Origin: Campylobacterota bacterium
GTDB taxonomy: Bacteria > Campylobacterota > Campylobacteria > Campylobacterales > Sulfurovaceae
DNA: 40,230 nucleotides
NCBI GenBank assembly: GCA_034722955.1
Contig: JAYEOM010000075.1
Span: 1-40,230 of the forward strand
Reading direction: 5' to 3'
The notes below the pieces were generated by a model. The model was not told the origin of the DNA. It did no database searches and saw only the letters and a program-made list of their open reading frames with translations. Below are positions 9,102 to 18,562 of this stretch, in pieces. The stretch's first letter is position 1; every line of letters begins with the position of its first letter. Position numbers and translations under genes: made by a program.

Positions 9102-9773
9102 ATGAAAAAACCCATCAAAAAACCCAAACGAGTCAAAGCCGCAACCAAGATAGAGATAGAGAAGATAAAAGCACTCTTCTTAGCACACTACCCAGACTCT
9201 GTGACTGAGCTACAGTATCAAAACCTCTATGAGCTGCTCATCTCTGTTATGCTCTCAGCACAGTGTACCGATAGACGCGTCAACATCATCACCCCTCCAC
9301 TCTTTGAAGCCTATCCTGCTCCTATCGATTTGGCAAATGCCAACCTAGAGGAGGTCAAAGATCATATAAAGTCATGTTCATTCTTTAACAATAAAGCAAA
9401 AAACCTTATCAAGATGGCACAATCTGTAGTTGATAACTATAGTGGAGAGATCCCTTTAGAACAGGAGGAGCTGGTCAAGCTTGCAGGTGTAGGACAAAAG
9501 ACAGCCAATGTAGTGATGATAGAGTATACCGGTGCCAACCTTATGGCTGTTGATACTCATGTCTTTCGTGTCGCCCATAGACTTGGTCTCAGCTCTGCTG
9601 CAACAGCAGTCAAAACAGAAGATGAACTGAGCAGAAAATTTAAAACAGATCTTCATCTCCTGCATCAAGCTATGGTACTCTTCGGAAGGTACCGCTGCAA
9701 AGCACTCAAGCCTGAATGTGAAGCGTGTTTTATGGAGCAGTACTGCAAGAGCAAGGAGAGGTTTAAAGTCTAG
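9102..9773 (+). CDS. nth: Endonuclease III
   Basis: LSAQCTD, HhH LAGVGQKTANVV, AVDTHVFR and the 4Fe-4S motif C-X6-C-X2-C-X5-C. Confidence 0.97.
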   Translation: MKKPIKKPKRVKAATKIEIEKIKALFLAHYPDSVTELQYQNLYELLISVMLSAQCTDRRVNIITPPLFEAYPAPIDLANANLEEVKDHIKSCSFFNNKAKNLIKMAQSVVDNYSGEIPLEQEELVKLAGVGQKTANVVMIEYTGANLMAVDTHVFRVAHRLGLSSAATAVKTEDELSRKFKTDLHLLHQAMVLFGRYRCKALKPECEACFMEQYCKSKERFKV

Positions 9774-9931
9774 TGCTGCTTGCTGCTTGTGCTTAAGAAA
9801 AGGGAAAGAACGCTACGGGTCTGGCGTTGAATATGCACTTATTGAAAAAGTATAAAAAAGTAACACTGTTGCCAGGTAGAGGTCTATAGCAACAACTAAA
9901 ACCCTCCTCGTTAATGCCTTGTGGTTGCCCT

Positions 9932-9962
9932 AAATCCACTCACACTGTGAGTTGATTTTTTT
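9932..9962. terminator. Probable intrinsic terminator between convergent genes
   Basis: AAATCCACTCAC-ACT-GTGAGTTGATTT hairpin followed by a T run. Confidence 0.5.
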
Positions 9963-9977
9963 AATGTCGAGCTTTAG

Positions 9978-11084
9978 TTAACTTGCCACATGCATCTCTA
10001 GAAAATTGTTGGAATGCAAAATCTCTTCAATTACACAGGAGATATCTGATTTTTTGAATGGCTTAGGTATATGGTAGTCATAGAGTACTTTTTGTTTCTC
10101 TATGGATTTGGGGTCATTGGTGATGGAAATTATAAATATTTTATTTTTTAAGTCCCTGTTTTGTCGTATCTGATCTACTACTTCAGATCCAAGTTTTTTG
10201 GGCATATGGTGATCTAGGAAGAGTATATTTATATGGTTGTTATTTTTGATAGAGTGCTCTATCTTGTTGAGTGCCTGATCGCCATCATAGGCAAATAATA
10301 TGTCATCTATGCTCTCCTGCCGTATCATAGCATCAAGTATCTTGACATTCATGTGGACATCATCAGCGATAAGTACTCTTGCTTTCGTGCTAGTGAGTTT
10401 TTTGTGTGCGATACTCTTTTCGGATGTGATAGAGTCTATATAGCTACTCAAATTTTCTACATCTTCATTGAGTCTGTTTACGAGTTTTTGAATTTCTGGA
10501 TTGTTTATAGTGAAACGACCAAGGTGTTTTTTGATATTATCAATTGTTTTATATGTTACAGAGACATCAAAACCACAATTTCTATTGATATTTATTTTTT
10601 TACTGCTACTCTTATCTATTAGATTGATAAAAATTTCTTTTAATATATTTGAAATATTTAATATTACCTCTATATCTTCATCATGATAAGTGTAATTACT
10701 TTTAGAAAAACGAACTACTCCTATCACTTGATTATCTACAACGATAGGTAGTATAATTTGAGAATTTATCTTTAAATTAAATGGATTATCTAATGCGATA
10801 TTATATTTGAGATCAAATGGTATATATTGACTAAAATATATTTTTTTACTTCTATATGCTTCAGCAATAAGACTTGTAGAACTACTCTTGAGTATATTCA
10901 ATGAAATTTTGTGATTTTTTTGATACTCACAAAGTTGTATCTCTTCTGCATCATATAGAAGCAGATCTACATCATCAGAGAGTGTTATATCTTTCAATAT
11001 GGATACAATTTTTGATTGATGGTTCATTGCTTTAATCAAACGCTCTTCTATCTTCTTGATATCTTCAGTTAAATTTAAATACAT
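9978..11084 (-). CDS. GAF-domain + C-terminal receiver (REC) protein, AT-rich
   Basis: SQIILPIVVDNQVIGVV (GAF); VLIADD...LFLDHHMP...SIT...IPKPF (REC); no output domain. Confidence 0.8.
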   Translation of the reverse strand: MYLNLTEDIKKIEERLIKAMNHQSKIVSILKDITLSDDVDLLLYDAEEIQLCEYQKNHKISLNILKSSSTSLIAEAYRSKKIYFSQYIPFDLKYNIALDNPFNLKINSQIILPIVVDNQVIGVVRFSKSNYTYHDEDIEVILNISNILKEIFINLIDKSSSKKININRNCGFDVSVTYKTIDNIKKHLGRFTINNPEIQKLVNRLNEDVENLSSYIDSITSEKSIAHKKLTSTKARVLIADDVHMNVKILDAMIRQESIDDILFAYDGDQALNKIEHSIKNNNHINILFLDHHMPKKLGSEVVDQIRQNRDLKNKIFIISITNDPKSIEKQKVLYDYHIPKPFKKSDISCVIEEILHSNNFLEMHVAS

Positions 11085-11469
11085 GATTATCCTCTAGTCA
11101 AAATTTTTAAAATTGTAGTAAGAATATATAACAAATATATAACAGGTCATAACCTTCAGCAAAAGTTATAGACTGATTCAAAGTTCAGAGCTTTGAATTT
11201 TGAATGCAAAAAGGCTCCTAAAAAAGCTGCCTAACCACAAGAGATAGAAACTCTTCTATCTCTGTTCCTCCGTGTATAAAAATGATTTTATAGTTCAAAT
11301 GGCATTTTCGAATACTCCTTTAAGATACAAGATGTCGCAGGCAAATTATATGTTGAAGTGATAACAAAAAGGTTACTGATTTTGCTATTGATAAAGATCT
11401 TTAGGAGTTGTACAAAAACAATATGCCCAAATGACGCAGGAATTTTGTTTTTTGTTTTTGGGAGATTCC

Positions 11470-11715
11470 TTAGGCACCAAGTTCCCCCAATATATCTTCA
11501 CCCTTTTTTATATGCAGTACAATAATCGACAGCTCCTCTTTCAAATCAGCAAGCTCATTTTCATTTATGCTTTTTTCTGATTTTTGAATGAGCATCTCTT
11601 TGCGAGATCTCAGTTTTATTAAAATATTCCGTATAGACTCTTTTTTTCCTGTTTTTTGAAACAGATTCAATACAAAAGATCTTTTTAGATCTATTGTAGA
11701 TTTTTCTATATCCAT
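11470..11715 (-). CDS. Small hypothetical protein (coiled-coil)
   Basis: 81-aa ORF with AAGGG upstream; no recognised motif. Confidence 0.5.
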   Translation of the reverse strand: MDIEKSTIDLKRSFVLNLFQKTGKKESIRNILIKLRSRKEMLIQKSEKSINENELADLKEELSIIVLHIKKGEDILGELGA

Positions 11716-11942
11716 TGAGTACCCTTTTTTATAGCATATTATTTACATCTTCACTGTGGCTAGGTCTCTAAACTAGCCTAGTCAAAATCCATAGCTGTTA
11801 TGAACACCTAGGTTAATCATGAGGGTTCATTCATGTATATTAGTATTAATAAGCGACAAAATGGTAACACTATTTCTACGGATATGTTACAGAAATGTTA
11901 TCATCTCTTATTATGATTTCATATCAATCAATGGAGATACGG

Positions 11943-12158
11943 ATGAATAATGAAAATGAAATGGTTATATCGGAAAAGAAATTGGCAAAGCTTGCGAAAA
12001 GACTCTCCAAAACATTTACCATAAACGAGGAAGAGGCACTAGAAGTCATCTATGAAGAGTGGGAGCTTGTCGAATATCTTTTCCACGCACATACGAAAGT
12101 CAAAGCGGTACACGCACACCTCATAGATGAAATAAATTACACATATCGTATAGCATAA
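11943..12158 (+). CDS. Small hypothetical protein
   Basis: ATG at 11943 follows GGAG; helical, protein-like composition. Confidence 0.65.
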   Translation: MNNENEMVISEKKLAKLAKRLSKTFTINEEEALEVIYEEWELVEYLFHAHTKVKAVHAHLIDEINYTYRIA

Positions 12159-12431
12159 TTCTGTGGGAAAATCATATGGTACACCACTACTCTGAGCAAA
12201 GGAGAGATACTCAAATCTAGATTACCAATTAGGCTTGGATTGTGGAAAACACTCATTTTATGGTTGCGAAAATGGGGACCTGATAGCAGAAATGTGGATT
12301 TCTTTTGATACAAGGCACCCAAAATATTGTTTTGTGTAGAATATGGGATAAATTTTTAATCCAAATTATGCAATGATAAGTGCTTGTTTAGTAAACTCTA
12401 CTGCGTATTTCGGGTTCAACAAAGGGTTTTA

Positions 12432-13653
12432 ATGAAGCAAAATATATTTGACTGCCATCTTCCTGATGACAATGGTTATTTTGGTGAGTATGGAGGGAGT
12501 TTTATCCCGCCAGAGCTACAGACTATCATGGATGAGATCTCTGCCTCTTATGATGCTATACGCAAGGATCCGGAGTTTTTGTCTGAGCTGACCGATCTCT
12601 ATCAGCACTATGTAGGACGACCAAGCCCTATATTTCATGCCAAAAACTTATCGGCTAAATATGGTGCAGATATATATGAAACGAGAAGACCTCAACCATA
12701 CTGGTGCACACAAGATAAATCACTGCCTAGGTGAAGCTCTGCTCGCCAAAAAAATGGGCAAAAAGAGGCTCATCGCTGAGACAGGAGCAGGTCAACATGG
12801 TGTGGCACTCGCTACTGCTGCTGCACTTGTCGGACTCGAATGTGATATCTATATGGGTGAAGTAGATATGGTCAAAGAGCGTCCCAATGTAGTACGCATG
12901 CATATCCTAGGAGCCAATGTCATTCCAGCAACACATGGGAGACGGACACTCAAAGAGGCTGTCGATACTGCATTTGAAAACTATATGAAAGATCCAGTCA
13001 CACAGTTCTATGCGATCGGCTCTATCGTGGGACCTCATCCATTTCCACGCATGGTGAGAGATTTTCAAACTATAGTCGGTGTCGAAGCTAGAGAACAGTT
13101 CTGGCAAATGACAGGTAGACTCCCTGACAATCTAGTCGCTTGTGTCGGAGGTGGCTCCAATGCTATAGGACTCTTTACTGCATTTATAGATGATAAAGAT
13201 ATCACGATGTACGGAGTTGAACCCTCAGGCAGAAGCCTAGATATCCCAGGTGAGAATGCAGCAACCATGACACTGGGCAAACCTGGTGTTATGCATGGCT
13301 TTAGATCCTATATGCTCCAAGATGAGGATGGCGAACCACAAGAAGTTTACTCTGTAGCGAGCGGACTAGACTACCCCTCCGTAGGACCTCAGCATAGCTA
13401 CCTCAAAGATATAGGGCGGGTCAACTATGTCACGATCAATGATGAAGAGGCGATCCATGCATTTTTTGAACTCTCCAGAGAAGAGGGTATCATCCCTGCC
13501 CTAGAGTCATCTCACGCTGTCGCTTATGCACTCAAGTTAGCAAAAGAGCCAAATGTCGGTACGATCCTTATCAACCTATCAGGCAGAGGGGACAAAGATA
13601 TCGATTTTGTTGTAGAGAGTTATGGCGAGGAGTATGGTATTACGAACATCTAA
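12432..13653 (+). pseudogene. trpB: Tryptophan synthase beta subunit split by a 2-bp frameshift near 12670-12678 (or a sequencing error)
   Basis: GYFGEYGG...YVGRPSP...GADIY in one frame; [15 protein letters not shown] (PLP Lys), AETGAGQHG and NLSGRGDKD in the next. Confidence 0.9.
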
Positions 13654-13729
13654 TGGTGTTCGCAGATAGTGGAACAAGACCGACTATATCTTTGGTTTCT
13701 CATTGTATATTTCTCATTTAAAGAAACCT

Positions 13730-13738
13730 TGGTATAAT
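13730..13738 (+). promoter_or_regulatory. Extended -10 sigma70 promoter
   Basis: TGGTATAAT 25 nt upstream of the ATG at 13764, with AGGAGG between. Confidence 0.6.
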
Positions 13739-13763
13739 AGTTTATAGAAAGGAGGGTTTTACA

Positions 13764-14492
13764 ATGATAAAACGATTGATTATTCCTACGATTCTTTTGA
13801 GTAGTGCAGTTATGGCAAAAAGTACATATAAGCCACTGAAGTCAATATTGCTAAACAACAATAAAACTATCAGTGTCAATCTCAAGGAGATTGGAAACAC
13901 CTCTTATACTATCAGAGAGGGTGACACTATCGCTTCAGTTGCGAGCAGTCACCATGTCACCATCAAAAAACTCAGAAAGAGCAATGCCCTATCTGCAAAA
14001 CAGCAGCTGGTCGCAGGAACCAAACTCAATATACCAGACCAATCTATCCCACTCAGCCAGATACTGGCATTTATCAATAGTGCCGGTCCTGCAATCAAAG
14101 AGGCTCAAAAGCATCTCGGCAAAAAATATGTTTGGGGAGCCAATGGACCAAAGACCTTTGACTGTTCAGGATTTACATGTTATATCTCCAACAAAAATGG
14201 TATTCGACTACCCCGTACCTCAGTCAGGCAAGCCGAAGTTGGCAAGAGGGTCACCAAATCCAAACTAAAAGCGGGAGATCTCATATTTTTCGATACCTCC
14301 AAAACCAGAAAAGGGGTAGTCAACCATGTAGGCATCTATATCGGTAACAACAAATTTATCCATGCTAGCTCAGGAGCCAACAAAGTAGTCATCTCTAGTC
14401 TAAACCAAGGCTTTTATAGACAACGATTTATGTGGGGACGAAGGATTTCAAACAATGAAAAAACATTTCGATACTCCTTACAAAACCGTTAA
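13764..14492 (+). CDS. LysM + NlpC/P60 peptidoglycan endopeptidase
   Basis: Signal peptide; YTIREGDT (LysM); YVWGA, FDCSGF, GDLIFF, HVGIY and FIHAS. Confidence 0.93.
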   Translation: MIKRLIIPTILLSSAVMAKSTYKPLKSILLNNNKTISVNLKEIGNTSYTIREGDTIASVASSHHVTIKKLRKSNALSAKQQLVAGTKLNIPDQSIPLSQILAFINSAGPAIKEAQKHLGKKYVWGANGPKTFDCSGFTCYISNKNGIRLPRTSVRQAEVGKRVTKSKLKAGDLIFFDTSKTRKGVVNHVGIYIGNNKFIHASSGANKVVISSLNQGFYRQRFMWGRRISNNEKTFRYSLQNR

Positions 14493-15072
14493 CTGTCCGC
14501 AGTGCGGTGCTGCACTGCCACTCTATTTTGTCCATGCCAAGCTGGCACAGTGCCAATCATGCGGATCCTCTATATTTCTCGATGATGAGGCAGCTAGAGT
14601 TGCCGGAGAGTCCTCGGTACTAGCTCCTGAACCTTCACTCATCACACTCAACCACTCTTTTGGATATGCAGGAAAAAACTATCTGCCTGTGGGGATGGTT
14701 CGATACTCTTATGGGCGAGGTTTCTGGGAAGAGTGGTGGATCAAAGACAACTCAGGAGAGGAGTTTTGGCTCAGTGTTGATGAGGGAGATATGGTACTTG
14801 AACAACTAGTAGACAATGAAGAGGATCCCTCTATATTCAAGTCACCATCTATCGGACAACGCATAGGGTCAGAGTGGATCATCACAGAGATAGGTACAGG
14901 TGAGTGTGAAGGCTTTTCAGGTTCACTGCCTATGATCATTACCCAAGGTCAAAAACATAAATATTTGCACCTCTCAGGCTACAATGCATCACTCAAGACG
15001 ATCGAGGTGGATCCTTCAGGAATACGAACCTATATAGGCAGATGGATTGACCCATTTGATATCAAAGGTTAA
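14455..15072 (+). CDS. Zn-ribbon + DUF4178-like protein
   Basis: CPQCGA...CQSCGS, then GFWEEWW...WLSVDEG. Confidence 0.75.
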   Translation: MKKHFDTPYKTVNCPQCGAALPLYFVHAKLAQCQSCGSSIFLDDEAARVAGESSVLAPEPSLITLNHSFGYAGKNYLPVGMVRYSYGRGFWEEWWIKDNSGEEFWLSVDEGDMVLEQLVDNEEDPSIFKSPSIGQRIGSEWIITEIGTGECEGFSGSLPMIITQGQKHKYLHLSGYNASLKTIEVDPSGIRTYIGRWIDPFDIKG

Positions 15073-15076
15073 TGGT

Positions 15077-16435
15077 ATGAGCTCTTCAGTATTCTCTATC
15101 AAGTGTACCAACTGTGCCGCACCCCTGAAGATATTGGGTGGAGGTCGTGTCACTACTGTCACCTGCTCCTACTGTAACTCTCTGTTGGATATGACAGATC
15201 ACTACAAAGTCGTTTCACAGTTTCATCACAAATACCGTCCGCCTGTCCCTTTTACCCTAGGTATGAGAGGCAAGATCAAAGGTGTTGAGTGGACGATCAT
15301 AGGTTGGGTTGCATATAAAACTGTGGATTTTCCTATAGAGCGATGGAGTGAATTTTTTCTCTACTCTCCACTCTATGGATATGGATGGCTCATCTATGAA
15401 AACGGAGAGATATCTTTTAGCAAACGGGTGCGTGATTTTCCTCTACGGGAGTGGCAAGACAAAAACCATCCAAAAACAGTTTTTTATAGAGGCGGACACT
15501 TTCTAGCTGCTGAAGATCCCTATATAGTAGAGATAGATTTTGTCCAAGGAGAGCTGAGCTGGATAGCCAAAGCTGATGACCAAATAGAGTGCTGGGACTA
15601 CAAAGGGGTCAACCGCAAATCTCTCTCTATCGAAAAATCCAAACAAGAGGTAGAGGTCTATACCAATGAAAAGCTAGATAGCAAACAGATCTATGAGAGC
15701 TTTGGTGTCAAAAAATCCAAACAGACAAAAGCCAAGCAGACAGTGAGAGATAAGATCTTTGAAGAGGATAGCCTAGATAAAACAGAAGAGGCAATATCTA
15801 TATTTAACAAAGGGATCTTTGTCTTGGTTGCGATACTTTTTGTTGCGGTTGTACTCTCCTTTGTAACAAGCAAAACTTTAGTAGAGAACAAAACTAGCCA
15901 GCCATTTGAACAGATGTTTACCGTAAGTTCCAGTGCTTTCTTGTCTCAGATAGAGATCAAAGCACCCTCTCCTGCTACGCTCAATGCTTGTCGTTTTACT
16001 CTCTATAAATCAGACAAAAAGATACTCTCCATCGATAAGACAAATCTATTCTCTACGGTTAACAATCTAGGATATACTTGGCATCGAGGAGATGATGAAG
16101 TCATGATCTATCTCAAACTAGAAGAGGGGCTATATCGTGCTTCACTAGAACATCTCAGCCCTATTGCAAAGAGTCAAAAGGTAGTCGTCACTGTCAAAGA
16201 GAAGATAATACGGCTCATCTATATCTTGCCTCTTTTTGTTTTGATGATCATCATGCTGCTTCCTACTATCAAAAACAATCTCATACCTCAAAAACAGAAA
16301 AAATTCTTCTGGTGGGGCTTGGCAGGTGTAGCAGCTTTTGCTATCTTTGGGATAGGTATGGTGCTATTTATAGTCGTATTTTACTTCTTGGTGCAACCCA
16401 TTATCGATGCACAGAGACTCAAAGGAGATGAGTAG
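15077..16435 (+). CDS. Zn-ribbon + DUF4178-like membrane protein
   Basis: CTNCAA...CSYCNS, WSEFFLY...YGWL and VQGELSW; three C-terminal hydrophobic segments. Confidence 0.75.
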   Translation: MSSSVFSIKCTNCAAPLKILGGGRVTTVTCSYCNSLLDMTDHYKVVSQFHHKYRPPVPFTLGMRGKIKGVEWTIIGWVAYKTVDFPIERWSEFFLYSPLYGYGWLIYENGEISFSKRVRDFPLREWQDKNHPKTVFYRGGHFLAAEDPYIVEIDFVQGELSWIAKADDQIECWDYKGVNRKSLSIEKSKQEVEVYTNEKLDSKQIYESFGVKKSKQTKAKQTVRDKIFEEDSLDKTEEAISIFNKGIFVLVAILFVAVVLSFVTSKTLVENKTSQPFEQMFTVSSSAFLSQIEIKAPSPATLNACRFTLYKSDKKILSIDKTNLFSTVNNLGYTWHRGDDEVMIYLKLEEGLYRASLEHLSPIAKSQKVVVTVKEKIIRLIYILPLFVLMIIMLLPTIKNNLIPQKQKKFFWWGLAGVAAFAIFGIGMVLFIVVFYFLVQPIIDAQRLKGDE

Positions 16436-16615
16436 ATGAGCAAAATAATTTTGACACTCTTTTCCATCTTGACAATAGGGAGTTTGATAATGACCTATAG
16501 AGGGACAGGACTGCAAGGTGTCCACACACACTCAACGATCAAACAGGTTAGATCTAGCCGTGCTGGTGCCTGGCTAGGCAGCAGTAGCGGTAGTGGATTT
16601 AGCTCAGGTAAATAA
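16436..16615 (+). CDS. Small membrane-anchored protein with Gly/Ser-rich tail (59 aa; absent from the ORF track)
   Basis: AAGGAG 8 nt upstream; MSKIILTLFSILTIGSLIMTYRG...VRSSRAGAWLGSSSGSGFSSGK*; fills the gap in the operon exactly. Confidence 0.8.
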   Translation: MSKIILTLFSILTIGSLIMTYRGTGLQGVHTHSTIKQVRSSRAGAWLGSSSGSGFSSGK

Positions 16616-16632
16616 ACAGAAAAAGGAAAAAC

Positions 16633-16845
16633 ATGCAAACGACACTCTTGGGAGATATGGCAGCGACACTCATATATGCCGTTTTAGGTACAATTATCTT
16701 CGTCTCGGTGATTCTACTCATCGAAAAGATCACAAAGTTCTCGATCCACAAACAGGTTGTAGAGGAGGGCAATATTGCCGTATCTATAGTGCTAGCAGCG
16801 ATCATAGCATCATTAGGGATGATAGTCTCAGCAGCGATTCATTAG
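16633..16845 (+). CDS. DUF350 small membrane protein
   Basis: Two TM helices around KITKFSIHKQVVEEGNIAVSIV; RBS AAGGA. Confidence 0.85.
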   Translation: MQTTLLGDMAATLIYAVLGTIIFVSVILLIEKITKFSIHKQVVEEGNIAVSIVLAAIIASLGMIVSAAIH

Positions 16846-16861
16846 GGATTGAAAATTTTTA

Positions 16862-17026
16862 ACCCAAAATATGTAATAGAATTGCTAAAAATAGCGTTTA
16901 TGCTTGTGCCTAGGGTTTTGGTGAAAAATTTGAGGTTAACCAAAAGGTTAATCGATGATTTTCTCACAAATGCCCTAGGTGCAATGGTAAGTGCTAGTTT
17001 GGTAATCTCTATTGCATATTTAGGGT
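16862..17026. mobile_element. 165-bp imperfect palindromic MITE/REP-like element flanked by TTA
   Basis: The arms pair along the whole length around an AAAA loop (16942-16945); TTA at 16859-16861 and 17027-17029; partial copies at ~321-346 and 25452-25482. Confidence 0.8.
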
Positions 17027-17044
17027 TTAAATACAGGAATTGGT

Positions 17045-18562
17045 ATGTATCACCCTGCTAAAGCCAAAGAGATCACACTCCTTTTTAGTACTTTCATCAT
17101 CGCAATATGTGGTCTAGTCTATGAGTTGCTTGAGGGGACTATATCTTCATATCTGCTAGGTGACTCTATCTATCACTTTTCGCTTGTTATTGGGCTTTTT
17201 ATGAGTTCTATGGGGATTGGGGCTTGGCTATCTAGGTTTATCGAGGAGAGGCTGGAGAGGGCTTTTGTACTGCTGCAGATGACGATCTCACTGGTCGGAG
17301 GGTTCTCAGCTCTGATACTCTTTTATGCTTTTGCCTATATCCAAAACTACCAAGCCTTTCTCTACCTAGTGACTATATCGCTAGGTACCATGCTCGGTAT
17401 AGAGATACCCCTCATTATCCGTATCCTAAAGGAGAGCTTCTCTCTCAAAACCAATATCTCCAATGTTTTTGCACTAGACTACATAGGAGCTCTATTTGCT
17501 GCTCTTATATTTCCTCTTGTGCTTGTCCCTCAGCTGGGGTTAATGCAGACTAGTTTTGTATTTGGACTGCTCAATCTTTTCGTGGGAGTGATGGCTTGGT
17601 CTACCTTTCGGGAGATATTAGGGTGGAGATATCTAGTCACTATGGTATCCATCGCAGCTATACTCATAACTGGACTACTGCAATCCAACAGACTCATCAG
17701 TATCATCGAAAATAGACTCTATCAGCATAGTGTGATATACTCAGAACAGACACCCTACCAGAAGCTCATAGTTACCTCTCGAAAGGGACGCATACAACTC
17801 TATATCAATGGAGCCATACAGTTTGACAGTATAGATGAATACCGCTACCATGAGTCACTTGTCCACCCCGTAATGAATCTCGCCAAAGCACATGAAAATA
17901 TCCTCATTATTGGAGGTGGAGACGGGATGGCACTCAGAGAGGTTCTCAAGTACAAGAGTGTTGAGAAGATCACTTTAGTAGACTTAGACCCTGCTATCAC
18001 CAAACTCTTCAAGGAGCATGAACTCCTTAGCCGACTCAATGATCATGCCTACAGAAGTGACAAAGTGACTGTAGTCAACCAAGATGCTTGGAAATTTATA
18101 GAAGAGAGTGATGAACTCTATGATGTCATCATCATCGATCTTCCAGACCCCAATAACCTCTCTATAGGCAGACTCTACTCCCAAACCTTCTATAGACTTC
18201 TTGGCTCTCACCTCTCACGAGCAGGAGCTATAGCTACACAATCCACCTCACCTATGTTTTCACACAAAGCCTTCTGGTGCATCAACCGTACTATGAGTGA
18301 TGCAGGACTTCACACTATAGCTTATCACACCTATATCCCCAGCTTTGGCGAATGGGGGTTCAATATCGGGTCACACCTCAATATGGAGATAAAACCTATA
18401 GACTCTGCGATAAAACTCAGATATATCAATGATAGAGTCATAGAGAAGATGAGATTTTTTCCTCCAGATATGGCCAAGATCGATGTAGATAGCAACCGGC
18501 TCAGCACACACAAACTCATATACTACTACGACAAAGGGTGGAGCAAGTGGTATGATAGATAA
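17045..18562 (+). CDS. speE: Membrane-bound polyamine aminopropyltransferase (spermidine synthase-like, N-terminal TM domain)
   Basis: CGLVYEL and about 7 TMs; QTPYQ, DEYRYHESLVHP, IIGGGDG, VDLDP, DVIIIDLPDP and PSFGEWGF. Confidence 0.9.
   Translation: MYHPAKAKEITLLFSTFIIAICGLVYELLEGTISSYLLGDSIYHFSLVIGLFMSSMGIGAWLSRFIEERLERAFVLLQMTISLVGGFSALILFYAFAYIQNYQAFLYLVTISLGTMLGIEIPLIIRILKESFSLKTNISNVFALDYIGALFAALIFPLVLVPQLGLMQTSFVFGLLNLFVGVMAWSTFREILGWRYLVTMVSIAAILITGLLQSNRLISIIENRLYQHSVIYSEQTPYQKLIVTSRKGRIQLYINGAIQFDSIDEYRYHESLVHPVMNLAKAHENILIIGGGDGMALREVLKYKSVEKITLVDLDPAITKLFKEHELLSRLNDHAYRSDKVTVVNQDAWKFIEESDELYDVIIIDLPDPNNLSIGRLYSQTFYRLLGSHLSRAGAIATQSTSPMFSHKAFWCINRTMSDAGLHTIAYHTYIPSFGEWGFNIGSHLNMEIKPIDSAIKLRYINDRVIEKMRFFPPDMAKIDVDSNRLSTHKLIYYYDKGWSKWYDR

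Noticed and set aside
11332..11446. TG(T/A)CGCAGG direct repeats as regulator sites or a c-di-GMP riboswitch
   Set aside because: Only 9 bp, and no GEMM P1/P2 architecture could be built.
12159..12376. Trp-rich frame (LWKTLILWLRKW) upstream of trpB as an attenuator leader
   Set aside because: No convincing start or RBS, no tandem Trp codons, and no terminator/antiterminator seen.
12384..12734. Separate 116-aa gene upstream of trpB
   Set aside because: It is the N-terminal part of frameshifted trpB (true start 12432).
16849..17061. 70-aa ORF between DUF350 and speE
   Set aside because: It is a translation of the palindromic element and has no protein motif.
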